Assembly: GCA_047495785.1 (NCBI GenBank)
Contig: JBLDXI010000056.1
Span: 62,001 to 126,000 of the forward strand
Length of the DNA stretch: 64,000 bases
Source of the DNA: Lepidodermella squamata
Taxonomy: Eukaryota > Animalia > Gastrotricha
Reading direction: 5' to 3'
A program made the position numbers and the translations under genes. This document shows, piece by piece, positions 9,320 to 17,604 of the stretch. The notes beneath the pieces are model-generated. The model worked only from the letters and a program-made list of their open reading frames with translations, was not told the origin of the DNA and did no database searches. The first letter of the stretch is position 1, and each line of letters starts with the position of its first letter.

Positions 9320-10474
9320 ATGCCGATCAAAGAACTCACGATCCCCGAACAGATAAAAATTTTGGAGCAATTAGATAGAGAAGAAAAACTGTATGATAAA
9401 AACCTCGCGCTTGCAAGTCATGATTCTTATGCGCTCAAGCACAAATTTGGGATGGAAACGGAACCCAGCCCGCTGACGGCCATGCAAACAGCATTCAACC
9501 AACGACCGACCACTGAAGCCATACGTAGTTTGCAAAATTCGATTAAGGAATTAGTTGTAAAAAAGAAACCACTAATAGCTAAACACGGCATTCCAACTAT
9601 TTCTGCCTCTGCATCCCCTGTGGCTCTAAAAATTCCTAAACTTGAGTATGAGAGTCCTGAGAAAAGTAGGTTAGCCTCTTCGCGAAATTCGCAAGATGAT
9701 GAGAGTGATCAAGACTCTAACTCGTCGAAGGAATCTGATGCTCAAGATGGGACATTTACCACAGACGAAATGAACACTATCATCCGTCAGCATAATTTCC
9801 CAACAATTGAGCAAATTAAACAAGAGGACATAGAAGAAGCCGTAGTGAGTTTGGCCACATACAACAGACAGGTATTGGGGGCCAGGCTCTCTAGTCTCAC
9901 ACGAGCGGGGAAAAGAGATTCAGAAGACTATAATAGAATTAAGCGCGACATCGCAGTTCTGAGAAACTACCGCGAAACATTAAAAAGCAAACAGCTAGGC
10001 GACGGTTTCACTAAACCAATCCCAAAAAATCTCCAAAGGTTTGGGCGATTTTATGTACGCAAGGAAGATTTACTCGACGGTTGGCTCCGCGTCAGAAAAA
10101 AGAACCAAAGTAGAGTGTTTGACGAGCAAATTTCCGATGGTGTGAGAAATCTCATTTTGAAGCGATATGAACCGAAAAAGTACAAATACACCCAAGAAGA
10201 TTTTTCGCACTTCCAAGAAATTTGTCGTAGGACCGGATACCAACCGAAACCTCACTCCAACGTAAGATCTGAACTCGCAATTTCTAGGCAGTCCGGTTCT
10301 GCGCTTTTTGTGACCTTACAGGATGCGCAAAAGCGTATGCTGCATTGTTTAGGAGAAATTAAAGCAGGTAATAACAATGAAGCCATTAGGAACGAATTAG
10401 TGTCTATAGCGGACTTGTTGCTGAAGCATGGAAAAATAACGAAGGAAGAATACACAACAGTTTGTAGTATATAG
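9320..10474 (+). CDS. Polinton hypothetical protein, probably virion-associated
   Basis: Long ORF with ATG at 9320, 16 nt after a TCTA motif. C-terminal GEIKAGNNN...NEL...D.LLK.G.I motif recalled from Polinton proteins. Confidence 0.8.
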   Translation: MPIKELTIPEQIKILEQLDREEKLYDKNLALASHDSYALKHKFGMETEPSPLTAMQTAFNQRPTTEAIRSLQNSIKELVVKKKPLIAKHGIPTISASASPVALKIPKLEYESPEKSRLASSRNSQDDESDQDSNSSKESDAQDGTFTTDEMNTIIRQHNFPTIEQIKQEDIEEAVVSLATYNRQVLGARLSSLTRAGKRDSEDYNRIKRDIAVLRNYRETLKSKQLGDGFTKPIPKNLQRFGRFYVRKEDLLDGWLRVRKKNQSRVFDEQISDGVRNLILKRYEPKKYKYTQEDFSHFQEICRRTGYQPKPHSNVRSELAISRQSGSALFVTLQDAQKRMLHCLGEIKAGNNNEAIRNELVSIADLLLKHGKITKEEYTTVCSI

Positions 10475-10498
10475 AGAATTATCTAGCTTCCAAATAAA

Positions 10499-11245
10499 AT
10501 GAGTCTGAGCCCGATTTTCTTACCACTAGAGTATCTTTCAAATAATCGAAGTTCTCGAAATAACACCATCGACCGATACCTCAATGATAAAATAGACTTC
10601 ACTGGAAGGCGAATTGCAGTTAGTTATATTCATTTCAGCGATACGTTTCACAACGTTTCTGCTCGTTACGGAAACAATACATTGAAATACTCGCTGAACG
10701 AAGAAATATTCGAAACAGTTTTTCCTGATGGAACGGACACCTTCCAAGATTTTAACAATTATTTGCATTTCCAGATGAAAATAAACGGACATTTTGCCGT
10801 TGACAGCGCGAAAGGAGCAGAAATTTTCGGCATCAATATTAGTGTCAACCCCGTATTCAGTTGCATTAGCGTTAGGATTGCGGAGAATTATCGTTTGATG
10901 GTAGAAACTGACGCTATGGCCCGGTTTCTCGGGGTCAACGTAGGCTCCTACGACCACGATTTCAATTCTCAAAACGTCCCTGATGTGACTATGGGGCTGG
11001 ATACAATGTTTGTTCATTGTTCCGTGGTTAATAATAGCGTCATCCCCGAATATAACACAGTTATTTTTACTTGCCCTATCAACAAAAAATTTGGGGAACA
11101 CGTCAACTACATCCCGAACGAGAAAAGGTTCCTAATGTGCACAAACGCGAACACGCAGAATATTCGAGTCTGGCTCACCAATCAAGAGGGAAACGAGATT
11201 TACTTCGTCGAAAGTAGGTGGGGGATAGGTATAGATATAATCTAG
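10499..11245 (+). CDS. Minor capsid protein (penton, single jelly-roll)
   Basis: 248 aa, beta-rich, with FHNVSARYGNN, FVHCSVV and IRVWLTNQEG motifs typical of Polinton pentons; upstream of the MCP. Confidence 0.8.
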   Translation: MSLSPIFLPLEYLSNNRSSRNNTIDRYLNDKIDFTGRRIAVSYIHFSDTFHNVSARYGNNTLKYSLNEEIFETVFPDGTDTFQDFNNYLHFQMKINGHFAVDSAKGAEIFGINISVNPVFSCISVRIAENYRLMVETDAMARFLGVNVGSYDHDFNSQNVPDVTMGLDTMFVHCSVVNNSVIPEYNTVIFTCPINKKFGEHVNYIPNEKRFLMCTNANTQNIRVWLTNQEGNEIYFVESRWGIGIDII

Positions 11246-11269
11246 TGCTTATCTAGTTATTGCTGAATT

Positions 11270-11587
11270 ATGAATAATCGAAAAAGAAAGCGCGTTTACA
11301 TTTCTGGCCGAGGTTTCGTCGACGTTGGTAAACACATTTTATCAAAAATAATAGCAGTATCAGCTGAACCAGCCCAAAATTTTGTCAAAGCAGCGCTGAA
11401 ATCTGGTTCAGAAGCTGCTGGAGATAAAGTGGGAAGTTTTGTAGCAACGAAGTTGGCTGAAAAAGTTCTGCCTAGTCATGAAACAACTAATCTTAAAGCC
11501 ATAGAGGAGCTCGAACGCAAAATTAAAAATAATATAAGTTCATATTCGGGCTCTGGCTTCAAAAAAGTTGAATTTAAAAAAATCTAA
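11270..11587 (+). CDS. Small basic core/virion protein precursor (pVII-like)
   Basis: Basic N-terminus RKRKRVYISGRGF followed by an amphipathic helix; GxG putative adenain sites (SGRG, SGSG); lies between penton and MCP. Confidence 0.65.
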   Translation: MNNRKRKRVYISGRGFVDVGKHILSKIIAVSAEPAQNFVKAALKSGSEAAGDKVGSFVATKLAEKVLPSHETTNLKAIEELERKIKNNISSYSGSGFKKVEFKKI

Positions 11588-11601
11588 TCCTTTGGTAAAT
11601 T

Positions 11602-12981
11602 ATGCTTCAACAAGAGATCGTCAATAACATTTTCGAGACTACTGAAATTCAAGATCGGGTCTTTGAGAAAAAGACATGGACGGAAACACCAGCACAGAAT
11701 TTCACTCAAGATCAAAATTCACAACCCTCGAAATTAATATTTTCCAGCTACAACCTAAAAGACAATTATTTACTAGTCAGAGAGGGGTACTTGGAGTTTC
11801 AATTGCAAATTAAAAGGAAGAATGGAGCCGCGTTCGTGAATACTGACAAGTATGCCATTCGGAATCACGTGTTGAGCCTGTTTGACAATATTGAAGTTCA
11901 AATATCGGATTCGGATCACAAAATCGAAGAGCTGCGGTTCCTCGAACATTGGGCCAACATCAATTTCCTTTTGAAATGGAGTCCTGGTTACGCCAATAGT
12001 TTAGGGGAAGAAGTGTTGTTTTCGAAAGACTGCCCGTTGGCTTTGGGAAGCACAACGCTAATTGCTGATGTGACGGCTGACACTTTCGATGCTTCGAAAG
12101 CTGCAGCTAACAAGGGTTTGATAACGCGAAGCAGCTATGTTAAATCTACTGAGGCCACCGTCACTTTATATCTAAAAGACTTGCCCTTTTTCAATTCGTA
12201 TCAGGGAATTTTCACGAAGTCTCGATTTAGGATTATTCTCACCCCGAACTATAATCGACCTTTGATTTATGTGATTGTCGCGGCTGATACAGGTACACCT
12301 GAAGGATTAACTTATCATTTCAATCGGGCTAATATGTACATCCCGGAGGTAACGCTAATGAACCAACAGAAACTTTCGATAATGAAAAAGTTCAACGAGG
12401 GATTCACGAAAATTCATAAATGGATATCGATTGATCCATATCAGTCCTGTCAATTTGCTGCTAATACCACGAATATTCAGTACACAATCAGCACTGAAAT
12501 AAGGAAACCAAATTGGGTGTATATTGTTCTTTGCCCCGATTACTCCGATGAGGAATATCCGAAGAAACTCACACAGATATATAACACGTGGAACGTTACT
12601 TCATATTCCCTTTTGATTAATAACAAAGAAGCCTTTAATGAATCCAATGTTTCTTTTGCTAAGCTGAAAGCTCACCGGTTATACAATTACATAAAACAGA
12701 ATATGCATCAGAACAGCGATAGGGAAAGTCTGAATACGGGATGTCAGATTTCGTACATGGAATTCTGCAACTTGTACAGAATTCTTTGCTTTTGCTTGGA
12801 CGACGTAGATGCTACTTCCATTTACAATTCTCGAGCAGATAACACTGTTTCTGTAGTATTCAAAGCGACGGTCGGTGCGGTGAATAAGCCTCTTGTGATT
12901 TATTCGTTCATTGAAAGGGAAAAGGAGATATGCTTCAACTACAAGCATGACTCTGTTGACATTAGTCTTACCAGCGTCTAA
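11602..12981 (+). CDS. Major capsid protein (double jelly-roll, hexon-like)
   Basis: 459 aa, beta-strand rich, LSLFDNIEVQI and RKPNWVYI motifs, position within the morphogenesis module. Confidence 0.85.
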   Translation: MLQQEIVNNIFETTEIQDRVFEKKTWTETPAQNFTQDQNSQPSKLIFSSYNLKDNYLLVREGYLEFQLQIKRKNGAAFVNTDKYAIRNHVLSLFDNIEVQISDSDHKIEELRFLEHWANINFLLKWSPGYANSLGEEVLFSKDCPLALGSTTLIADVTADTFDASKAAANKGLITRSSYVKSTEATVTLYLKDLPFFNSYQGIFTKSRFRIILTPNYNRPLIYVIVAADTGTPEGLTYHFNRANMYIPEVTLMNQQKLSIMKKFNEGFTKIHKWISIDPYQSCQFAANTTNIQYTISTEIRKPNWVYIVLCPDYSDEEYPKKLTQIYNTWNVTSYSLLINNKEAFNESNVSFAKLKAHRLYNYIKQNMHQNSDRESLNTGCQISYMEFCNLYRILCFCLDDVDATSIYNSRADNTVSVVFKATVGAVNKPLVIYSFIEREKEICFNYKHDSVDISLTSV

Positions 12982-13006
12982 TGCAAAATTTCTAATCTAG
13001 CGGTAA

Positions 13007-13636
13007 ATGAGCCATAAGTATTTGGAATACGAATTGCCCCTCACGGATAGTCAGCTGGAGAAACTCCAGGGTGCGGTAAAGAACAAAAAGTCAATAACAC
13101 TTAAATTTAGCAAACAGGTTATTCACCAAAACGAAAATTTACGCAAGTTGATGCTTACCCAAACTCAAATAAACAAAGTAGAGAAGCACAAAGCCAACGA
13201 CACCGGTGTTCAATTGAAGCTCAGTTTATCACAACTGAAGAAAAGTCAATCAGGCGGCCTACTTCCCATCCTGCCCATACTTGCGAAAGCCGCAACGATT
13301 GCTGCACCTTTAGCCCTGAGTGCTGTATCAGGGCTGATAAACGGCGCAACCAACGCGATCGGTAATAAATTAGCGGGGAAGGGCGTAAACGAGACCACCG
13401 TACAACTATCAGTTCCAAAAGAGGATTTGAATGAACTGGTCAAAATGGTCGATATGTTAGAAAATAAGAATTTATTGCCACTGGGCAGCAAACTTTCGAT
13501 TGATCGCGATATTGAGCAAAAGGGTGGCTCATTCGTTGTTCCACTAGTTGCTAGCCTGCTAGGGACATTTTTACCTACATTGTTCAGGGCGAATAAGGGA
13601 AATGGAGTGTATTTTCCATGGGAGTCAAAAAACTAG
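13007..13636 (+). CDS. Core/membrane-active virion protein precursor (pX/pVI-like)
   Basis: LMLTQTQINK motif, then two GG-preceded hydrophobic helices (QSGG-LLPILPILAK; QKGG-SFVVPLVASLLG). Ends ...WESKN* on a slippery heptamer. Confidence 0.75.
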   Translation: MSHKYLEYELPLTDSQLEKLQGAVKNKKSITLKFSKQVIHQNENLRKLMLTQTQINKVEKHKANDTGVQLKLSLSQLKKSQSGGLLPILPILAKAATIAAPLALSAVSGLINGATNAIGNKLAGKGVNETTVQLSVPKEDLNELVKMVDMLENKNLLPLGSKLSIDRDIEQKGGSFVVPLVASLLGTFLPTLFRANKGNGVYFPWESKN

Positions 13637-14067
13637 GGCGCTTCTTCCCACTTTCGAATTCGGATATTGACAAAATGATGTACTCGAGAGTTGGGAAGAA
13701 GTACAATGGATGTTACCCCAGGCATCTCTTGCCTATACATTTGAAAAATGGATACTATGTAATCAACTTGGATGATTTTGGAGGAGGAACGCACTGGGTA
13801 GGAATGCAGGTAACTGATGGGGAAATAATTTATTTCGATAGCTTTGGGTTCATTTGTCCCAATGAAGTCATTGAGAGGCGAAGTAATCGCGACATTTGGT
13901 ATTCCACTCATGAAATTCAGCACACTAAAAGTGTGGCGTGCGGTTTTTACGTTGTTTACTTCCTGTCTGAGCTGGCAAAAAATCGCAATAAGCTTGAAAT
14001 TCTCCTCGATTTCACAAATGATGGGTCCATTATGAATGATAACAAGCTTAAAGATCTGATGTTTTAG
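13618..14067 (+). CDS. Adenain-like (clan CE) cysteine maturation protease
   Basis: GGGTHWV (His), YFDSFG (Asp), IQHTKSVACGFY (Gln/Cys). Overlaps the upstream ORF in the -1 frame. Confidence 0.95.
   Translation: MGVKKLGRFFPLSNSDIDKMMYSRVGKKYNGCYPRHLLPIHLKNGYYVINLDDFGGGTHWVGMQVTDGEIIYFDSFGFICPNEVIERRSNRDIWYSTHEIQHTKSVACGFYVVYFLSELAKNRNKLEILLDFTNDGSIMNDNKLKDLMF
13627..13701 (+). other. Putative -1 programmed ribosomal frameshift signal
   Basis: A_AAA_AAC at 13627-13633 in the 0 frame, 7-nt spacer, then 13641-13657 pairs with 13684-13701. The -1 frame is the protease ORF. Confidence 0.8.
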
Positions 14068-14073
14068 CAAAGA

Positions 14074-14232
14074 ATGCATTGTTTGAAGTGTAAGGAGCAT
14101 ACTGAAACCTTTAACGAACAATGAAAGGTTACGGAAAACAAGCAAGTTGGCAAATCTCAAATTTGCGGCTCCAAAAAGAGCAAATTTGTGAATTGTCGAA
14201 TCAGGACAAAATATTTTGTTTGTAAAAGGTAG
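14074..14232 (+). pseudogene. Degraded small zinc-ribbon gene (DUF5679-like)
   Basis: MHCLKCKEHTETFNEQ*KVTENKQVGKSQICGSKKSKFV: CxxC...(S)xxCG.KKSKFV pattern with an internal TGA at 14122 and the third Cys replaced by Ser. Confidence 0.6.
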
Positions 14233-14249
14233 TAAGTGCTTTCCTGGTT

Positions 14250-14723
14250 ATGGACGAAGAATTCGAATATTGCCTCTCTCTTTTAGCCGATATAAAAAAC
14301 AAGAGCGTGAAATGCCATTCTAAATCAGAATGTGAAACGTGCTCATCACAGTTGCAAATTGATCATAGTCTCCACATCAACTTTTGTCCAAAATGTGCCA
14401 TCGTACACCCTTTCATAGATTACTATCAAAGGGTTAGCCGCTCCCCAACATACAAGCGGAAGTGGCATCTCATGACAAAAATCAGAAAATTAGGACTAAT
14501 TCTCAAATGGTATGAGCTCGATGACATTATGTCAAACTTCAAGAAAATAGATAAGCTCTATTCCACCGAATTTCCCGGTAAAAATATGATCAATGTAGAA
14601 TTTGTGCTGAAGTACTTGTCACTGATATTGGGCTATGAAGACATCGCTAATAAAATCCCTCTGGACCGTTCTAAGTATACAATTTTACGCTGGCATGAAA
14701 AATTAAATCTAATCATTACTTAG
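14250..14723 (+). CDS. VLTF3-like late transcription factor
   Basis: CETC...CPKC zinc ribbon, followed by YKRKWHL and a KNMINVEFVLKYL segment resembling poxvirus/NCLDV VLTF3 homologues. Confidence 0.65.
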   Translation: MDEEFEYCLSLLADIKNKSVKCHSKSECETCSSQLQIDHSLHINFCPKCAIVHPFIDYYQRVSRSPTYKRKWHLMTKIRKLGLILKWYELDDIMSNFKKIDKLYSTEFPGKNMINVEFVLKYLSLILGYEDIANKIPLDRSKYTILRWHEKLNLIIT

Positions 14724-14728
14724 TTGAA

Positions 14729-15442
14729 ATGAAATCTAGTTCAATTTTTATTCCTAGCGAATGGTCGGGAAGCTCGCATGGGTCGGATTTATTTCTACGC
14801 GCCGATGGGAAGAAAGGACTCATGGGTAATATGAACGCAAATAATTTCAAAATTGAAAATCTCGGCCGCCCCGTTTTCGAAAATGACGCAGCATCGAAAT
14901 CTTGGGTGGAAGAAAACACGTTGAATGAAAAAGAATCCAGGCAACTTATCGAATCGTATAAGCCGCTGCAGTACGCTGATGACAGAACCATTGACATGAA
15001 TGGTGGTCGGATAACAAACGTGGCGTATCCCGTAGATCCTTTTGACGTAGTCAACAAGCAATACGTTGATGGCCAAACATTTTTAGGCTTCGGTGAGAGT
15101 CATGTGAATGACCAAACGAAAATGCCGGTAACAAGGGTTATAACCCACACTTTGCTGGTTCAAATTAATGATGAGTTGTCTTTTCTCGAAAACATGTTGG
15201 CTAATGTGCAATTTTGGTTTAGAATTTGGGGAAATGTCTCGCCAGGCTGCACTTGTGATTTCATGAAAAACGGCAGTGTCTTAATTTCTAAATATTTTTC
15301 ATTCGACTACGACGCGATCCGAAATATAACCGAATACTGTACTTTCGTAGAACAGTTTGAAAATGGTGACACTTTCAGCATCATGATGTCGTCCAGCAAA
15401 CCTATGACTGTTGAATTTTGTTTAAAAATATCTAATGTTTGA
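14729..15442 (+). CDS. Fibre/adhesin-like virion protein
   Basis: Two copies of M-x-x-x-(K/R)I-x-N(L/V)-x-x-P----D(A/V)-x-x-K-x-(W/Y)V(E/D), as in YadA-stalk and tail-fibre repeats, then a beta-rich C-terminal domain. Confidence 0.6.
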   Translation: MKSSSIFIPSEWSGSSHGSDLFLRADGKKGLMGNMNANNFKIENLGRPVFENDAASKSWVEENTLNEKESRQLIESYKPLQYADDRTIDMNGGRITNVAYPVDPFDVVNKQYVDGQTFLGFGESHVNDQTKMPVTRVITHTLLVQINDELSFLENMLANVQFWFRIWGNVSPGCTCDFMKNGSVLISKYFSFDYDAIRNITEYCTFVEQFENGDTFSIMMSSSKPMTVEFCLKISNV

Positions 15443-15483
15443 TAAACGTGAATAAAAGTGACACACAGGTTCACATATAAAAT

Positions 15484-15897
15484 TCAGAAAAAGGTGACTG
15501 TGTCATTAATGGCTTTCGGGGTCATTGAGTTCGCTATATTTGTGTGCGTTTTCTTGCCATCTAGTTTCGGTTCACGATTATAAGTTACTCTTTGACTTTT
15601 TGATTGGATCTTCTGATTTTTTTTGACGAATTCGCGGAATTCATCGTTGTGACTGTTACTTACATCAGAACGGTCGTCTTCAGAAAAAGTTTTCTGAATA
15701 TAAATATATACGACAACAGCGCAAATGAAAAGGACACCGAATGTTATCAAAAATTTACTATAAGCGTATTCGTTTTCCTGAATTTTTAATTGTGTGGATA
15801 GACATTTTAGTTTATCAGCATAAAACTTCCCAAGTAAAGAGCTCTTGCCTTGTAATATTTTCAACATATTCTCTATTCTTCCTATGTTTTCTTCCAT
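15484..15897 (-). CDS. Polinton single-pass membrane protein, unknown function
   Basis: 137-aa ORF with hydrophobic span FLITFGVLFICAVVVYIYI; tightly packed with its neighbours. Confidence 0.7.
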   Translation of the reverse strand: MEENIGRIENMLKILQGKSSLLGKFYADKLKCLSTQLKIQENEYAYSKFLITFGVLFICAVVVYIYIQKTFSEDDRSDVSNSHNDEFREFVKKNQKIQSKSQRVTYNREPKLDGKKTHTNIANSMTPKAINDTVTFF

Positions 15898-15919
15898 TAT
15901 TATTATTGAGCATATATAT

Positions 15920-16279
15920 TTATTTTATATTTTCAATATTACTATTTAGAGAAATTTTGTTTTTGGCTTCATACTCTTTTATTCCCATCTGTAAGGCTTG
16001 CTGATATTCCTTTTCCAGCTCGTTTTCCCATTTTTCGAGCTCTGATTTGACGTTATGTGAAAGTAACTTCTGCAATGAATTCGTCACCTTCATTGTTTTT
16101 GCGGTCTGTGACTTTTTAATTTCCTCAACAGCTTTCCTCAAGCACTCATTTTCGGCTCTAGCTAACCCCAGCTCTTTCATTGTCTTTTTAGCTACATTCT
16201 TTGCATGGGATAGAGTCATATCATGGACACCAATCAACTCCCTCACTTCTCGCATAGACGCGTATTCAGAATCTTCCAT
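15920..16279 (-). CDS. Polinton coiled-coil protein, unknown function
   Basis: 119-aa charged helical ORF with 22-bp gaps to both neighbours. Confidence 0.7.
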   Translation of the reverse strand: MEDSEYASMREVRELIGVHDMTLSHAKNVAKKTMKELGLARAENECLRKAVEEIKKSQTAKTMKVTNSLQKLLSHNVKSELEKWENELEKEYQQALQMGIKEYEAKNKISLNSNIENIK

Positions 16280-16301
16280 AAGTATATATTATTGGATTTC
16301 A

Positions 16302-16745
16302 TTATTTTTTTTTATATTTTTCTATTTCTTTTCGCAAGGAAACAATCTTTCTTATCACGGGCGCATCGGCCTGGGTCATTAACACTTCATCTTTTGGCTG
16401 TGATGTTAACTGCAGGTGAACTTTTTCCACTATCGGACGTTTGTCTTTTATTAGTCGATCACAAGAGTTCGAAGAACCCTGAGAGCGAAGCTCGACGTTC
16501 GAGTTTGAAAAACGAGGATACGCAGAACGAGTATTCGAAGAACGAGTTTCGCTTCCAGCGATGTGACCTCCAATTTGGGTACTCCGCTCCTTGGATTTAT
16601 TCATGTAGTAAAATATGCTGCTTGACGAAATATTAAATTCCTCTACTATCTCCTTAACACTCTTTTTTGTGCCCTCATACTCCTTGATGGCCGACCTTAC
16701 GCGTTTACGATATTCTGAATCTCTTCGCAAATTTCGTACTACCAT
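16302..16745 (-). CDS. Helix-turn-helix DNA-binding protein
   Basis: AIKEYEGTKKSVKEIVEEFNISSSSIFYY fits an HTH (Psq/Tc3-like) pattern. Confidence 0.65.
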   Translation of the reverse strand: MVVRNLRRDSEYRKRVRSAIKEYEGTKKSVKEIVEEFNISSSSIFYYMNKSKERSTQIGGHIAGSETRSSNTRSAYPRFSNSNVELRSQGSSNSCDRLIKDKRPIVEKVHLQLTSQPKDEVLMTQADAPVIRKIVSLRKEIEKYKKK

Positions 16746-16781
16746 TATAAATTATTTTACATATATTTGATTAAGAAAATA

Positions 16782-17254
16782 TTCCAGGTACCAGGTTCCT
16801 GATTCCAGATTCTGGGCCCCGGGAATTTGTCAGATTATGCAATGACCCCACTTATATATTGTTCCACGTTCCTGATTCCAGATTCTGGGCCCTGGGAATT
16901 TGTCAGATTATGCAATAGCCCCCACTTATTCCAGGTTCCAGGTTCCTGATTCCAGATTCTGGGCCCCGGGAATTTGTCAGATTATGCAATAGCCCCACTT
17001 GTTCCAGGTTTCACGTTCCTGATTCCAGATTCTGGGCCCCGGGAATTAGTCAGATTATGCAATAGCCCCACTTATTCCAGGTTTCACGTTCCTGATTCCA
17101 GATTCTGGGCCCTGGGAATTAGTCAGATTATGCAATAGCCCCACTTATTCCAGGTTTCACGTTACTGATTCCAGATTCTGGGCCCTGGGGATTTGTCAGA
17201 TTATGCAATAGCCCCACTTATATATTGTTCCAGATTCCAGGTCCCAGATTCCCA
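16782..17254. repeat. Subterminal tandem array, ~6.5 copies of a 73-74 bp unit
   Basis: GATTCCAGATTCTGGGCCC recurs at 16801, 16874, 16948, 17021, 17094 and 17167. Confidence 0.95.
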
Positions 17255-17604
17255 ATCGCTCGCCTCTTACCCTTTTAATGCACACCCTATACCCAATATA
17301 TTTTTCCGTTTTAGAAACGCGCCTCTACTTACCATTTCTTCTCAAAATTACCAATTAACTAAGTATCTCTCCTAATTTCCTTCAAATTAATTGACCATTT
17401 TTTTCATTCTCAAATTTTCAAAATTTTAAAATCAATTTTTAATTTTTCAATTTCTCAATTTTCCACATTTGTCATTTCAATTTTTTAAAAAGTGTGTATA
17501 TCGGCCTCACTGTTTTCGTACCGGCACATAGGCACTACTTGCACATTTTTCATTATACTTTTTCGTTTGGATTTTCGTTGCAAGTTTGATATTTTAGCTT
17601 CAAC

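Larger units (their letters stand above)
2339..17329. mobile_element. Polinton/Maverick (adintovirus-like endogenous dsDNA virus); left end not seen and may extend upstream of the window
   Basis: Dense intronless block with pPolB, RVE integrase, A32-like ATPase, adenain protease and capsid-sized ORFs, a subterminal tandem array and a candidate ...CTCTACT terminus. Confidence 0.96.

Noticed and set aside
14122-14124. TGA in the zinc-ribbon relic as selenocysteine
   Set aside because: It is not at a Cys position of the motif, and another ligand Cys is also mutated, so decay is the simpler explanation.
7036-14160. Antisense ORFs overlapping Polinton genes (e.g. 7036-7560, 10538-11101, 13633-14160)
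   Set aside because: No recognisable motifs, often non-ATG starts, and fully explained as shadows of real genes on the other strand.
16782-17254. Regular repeat array as a CRISPR locus
   Set aside because: Units are contiguous with no unique spacers, there are no cas genes, and the context is eukaryotic.
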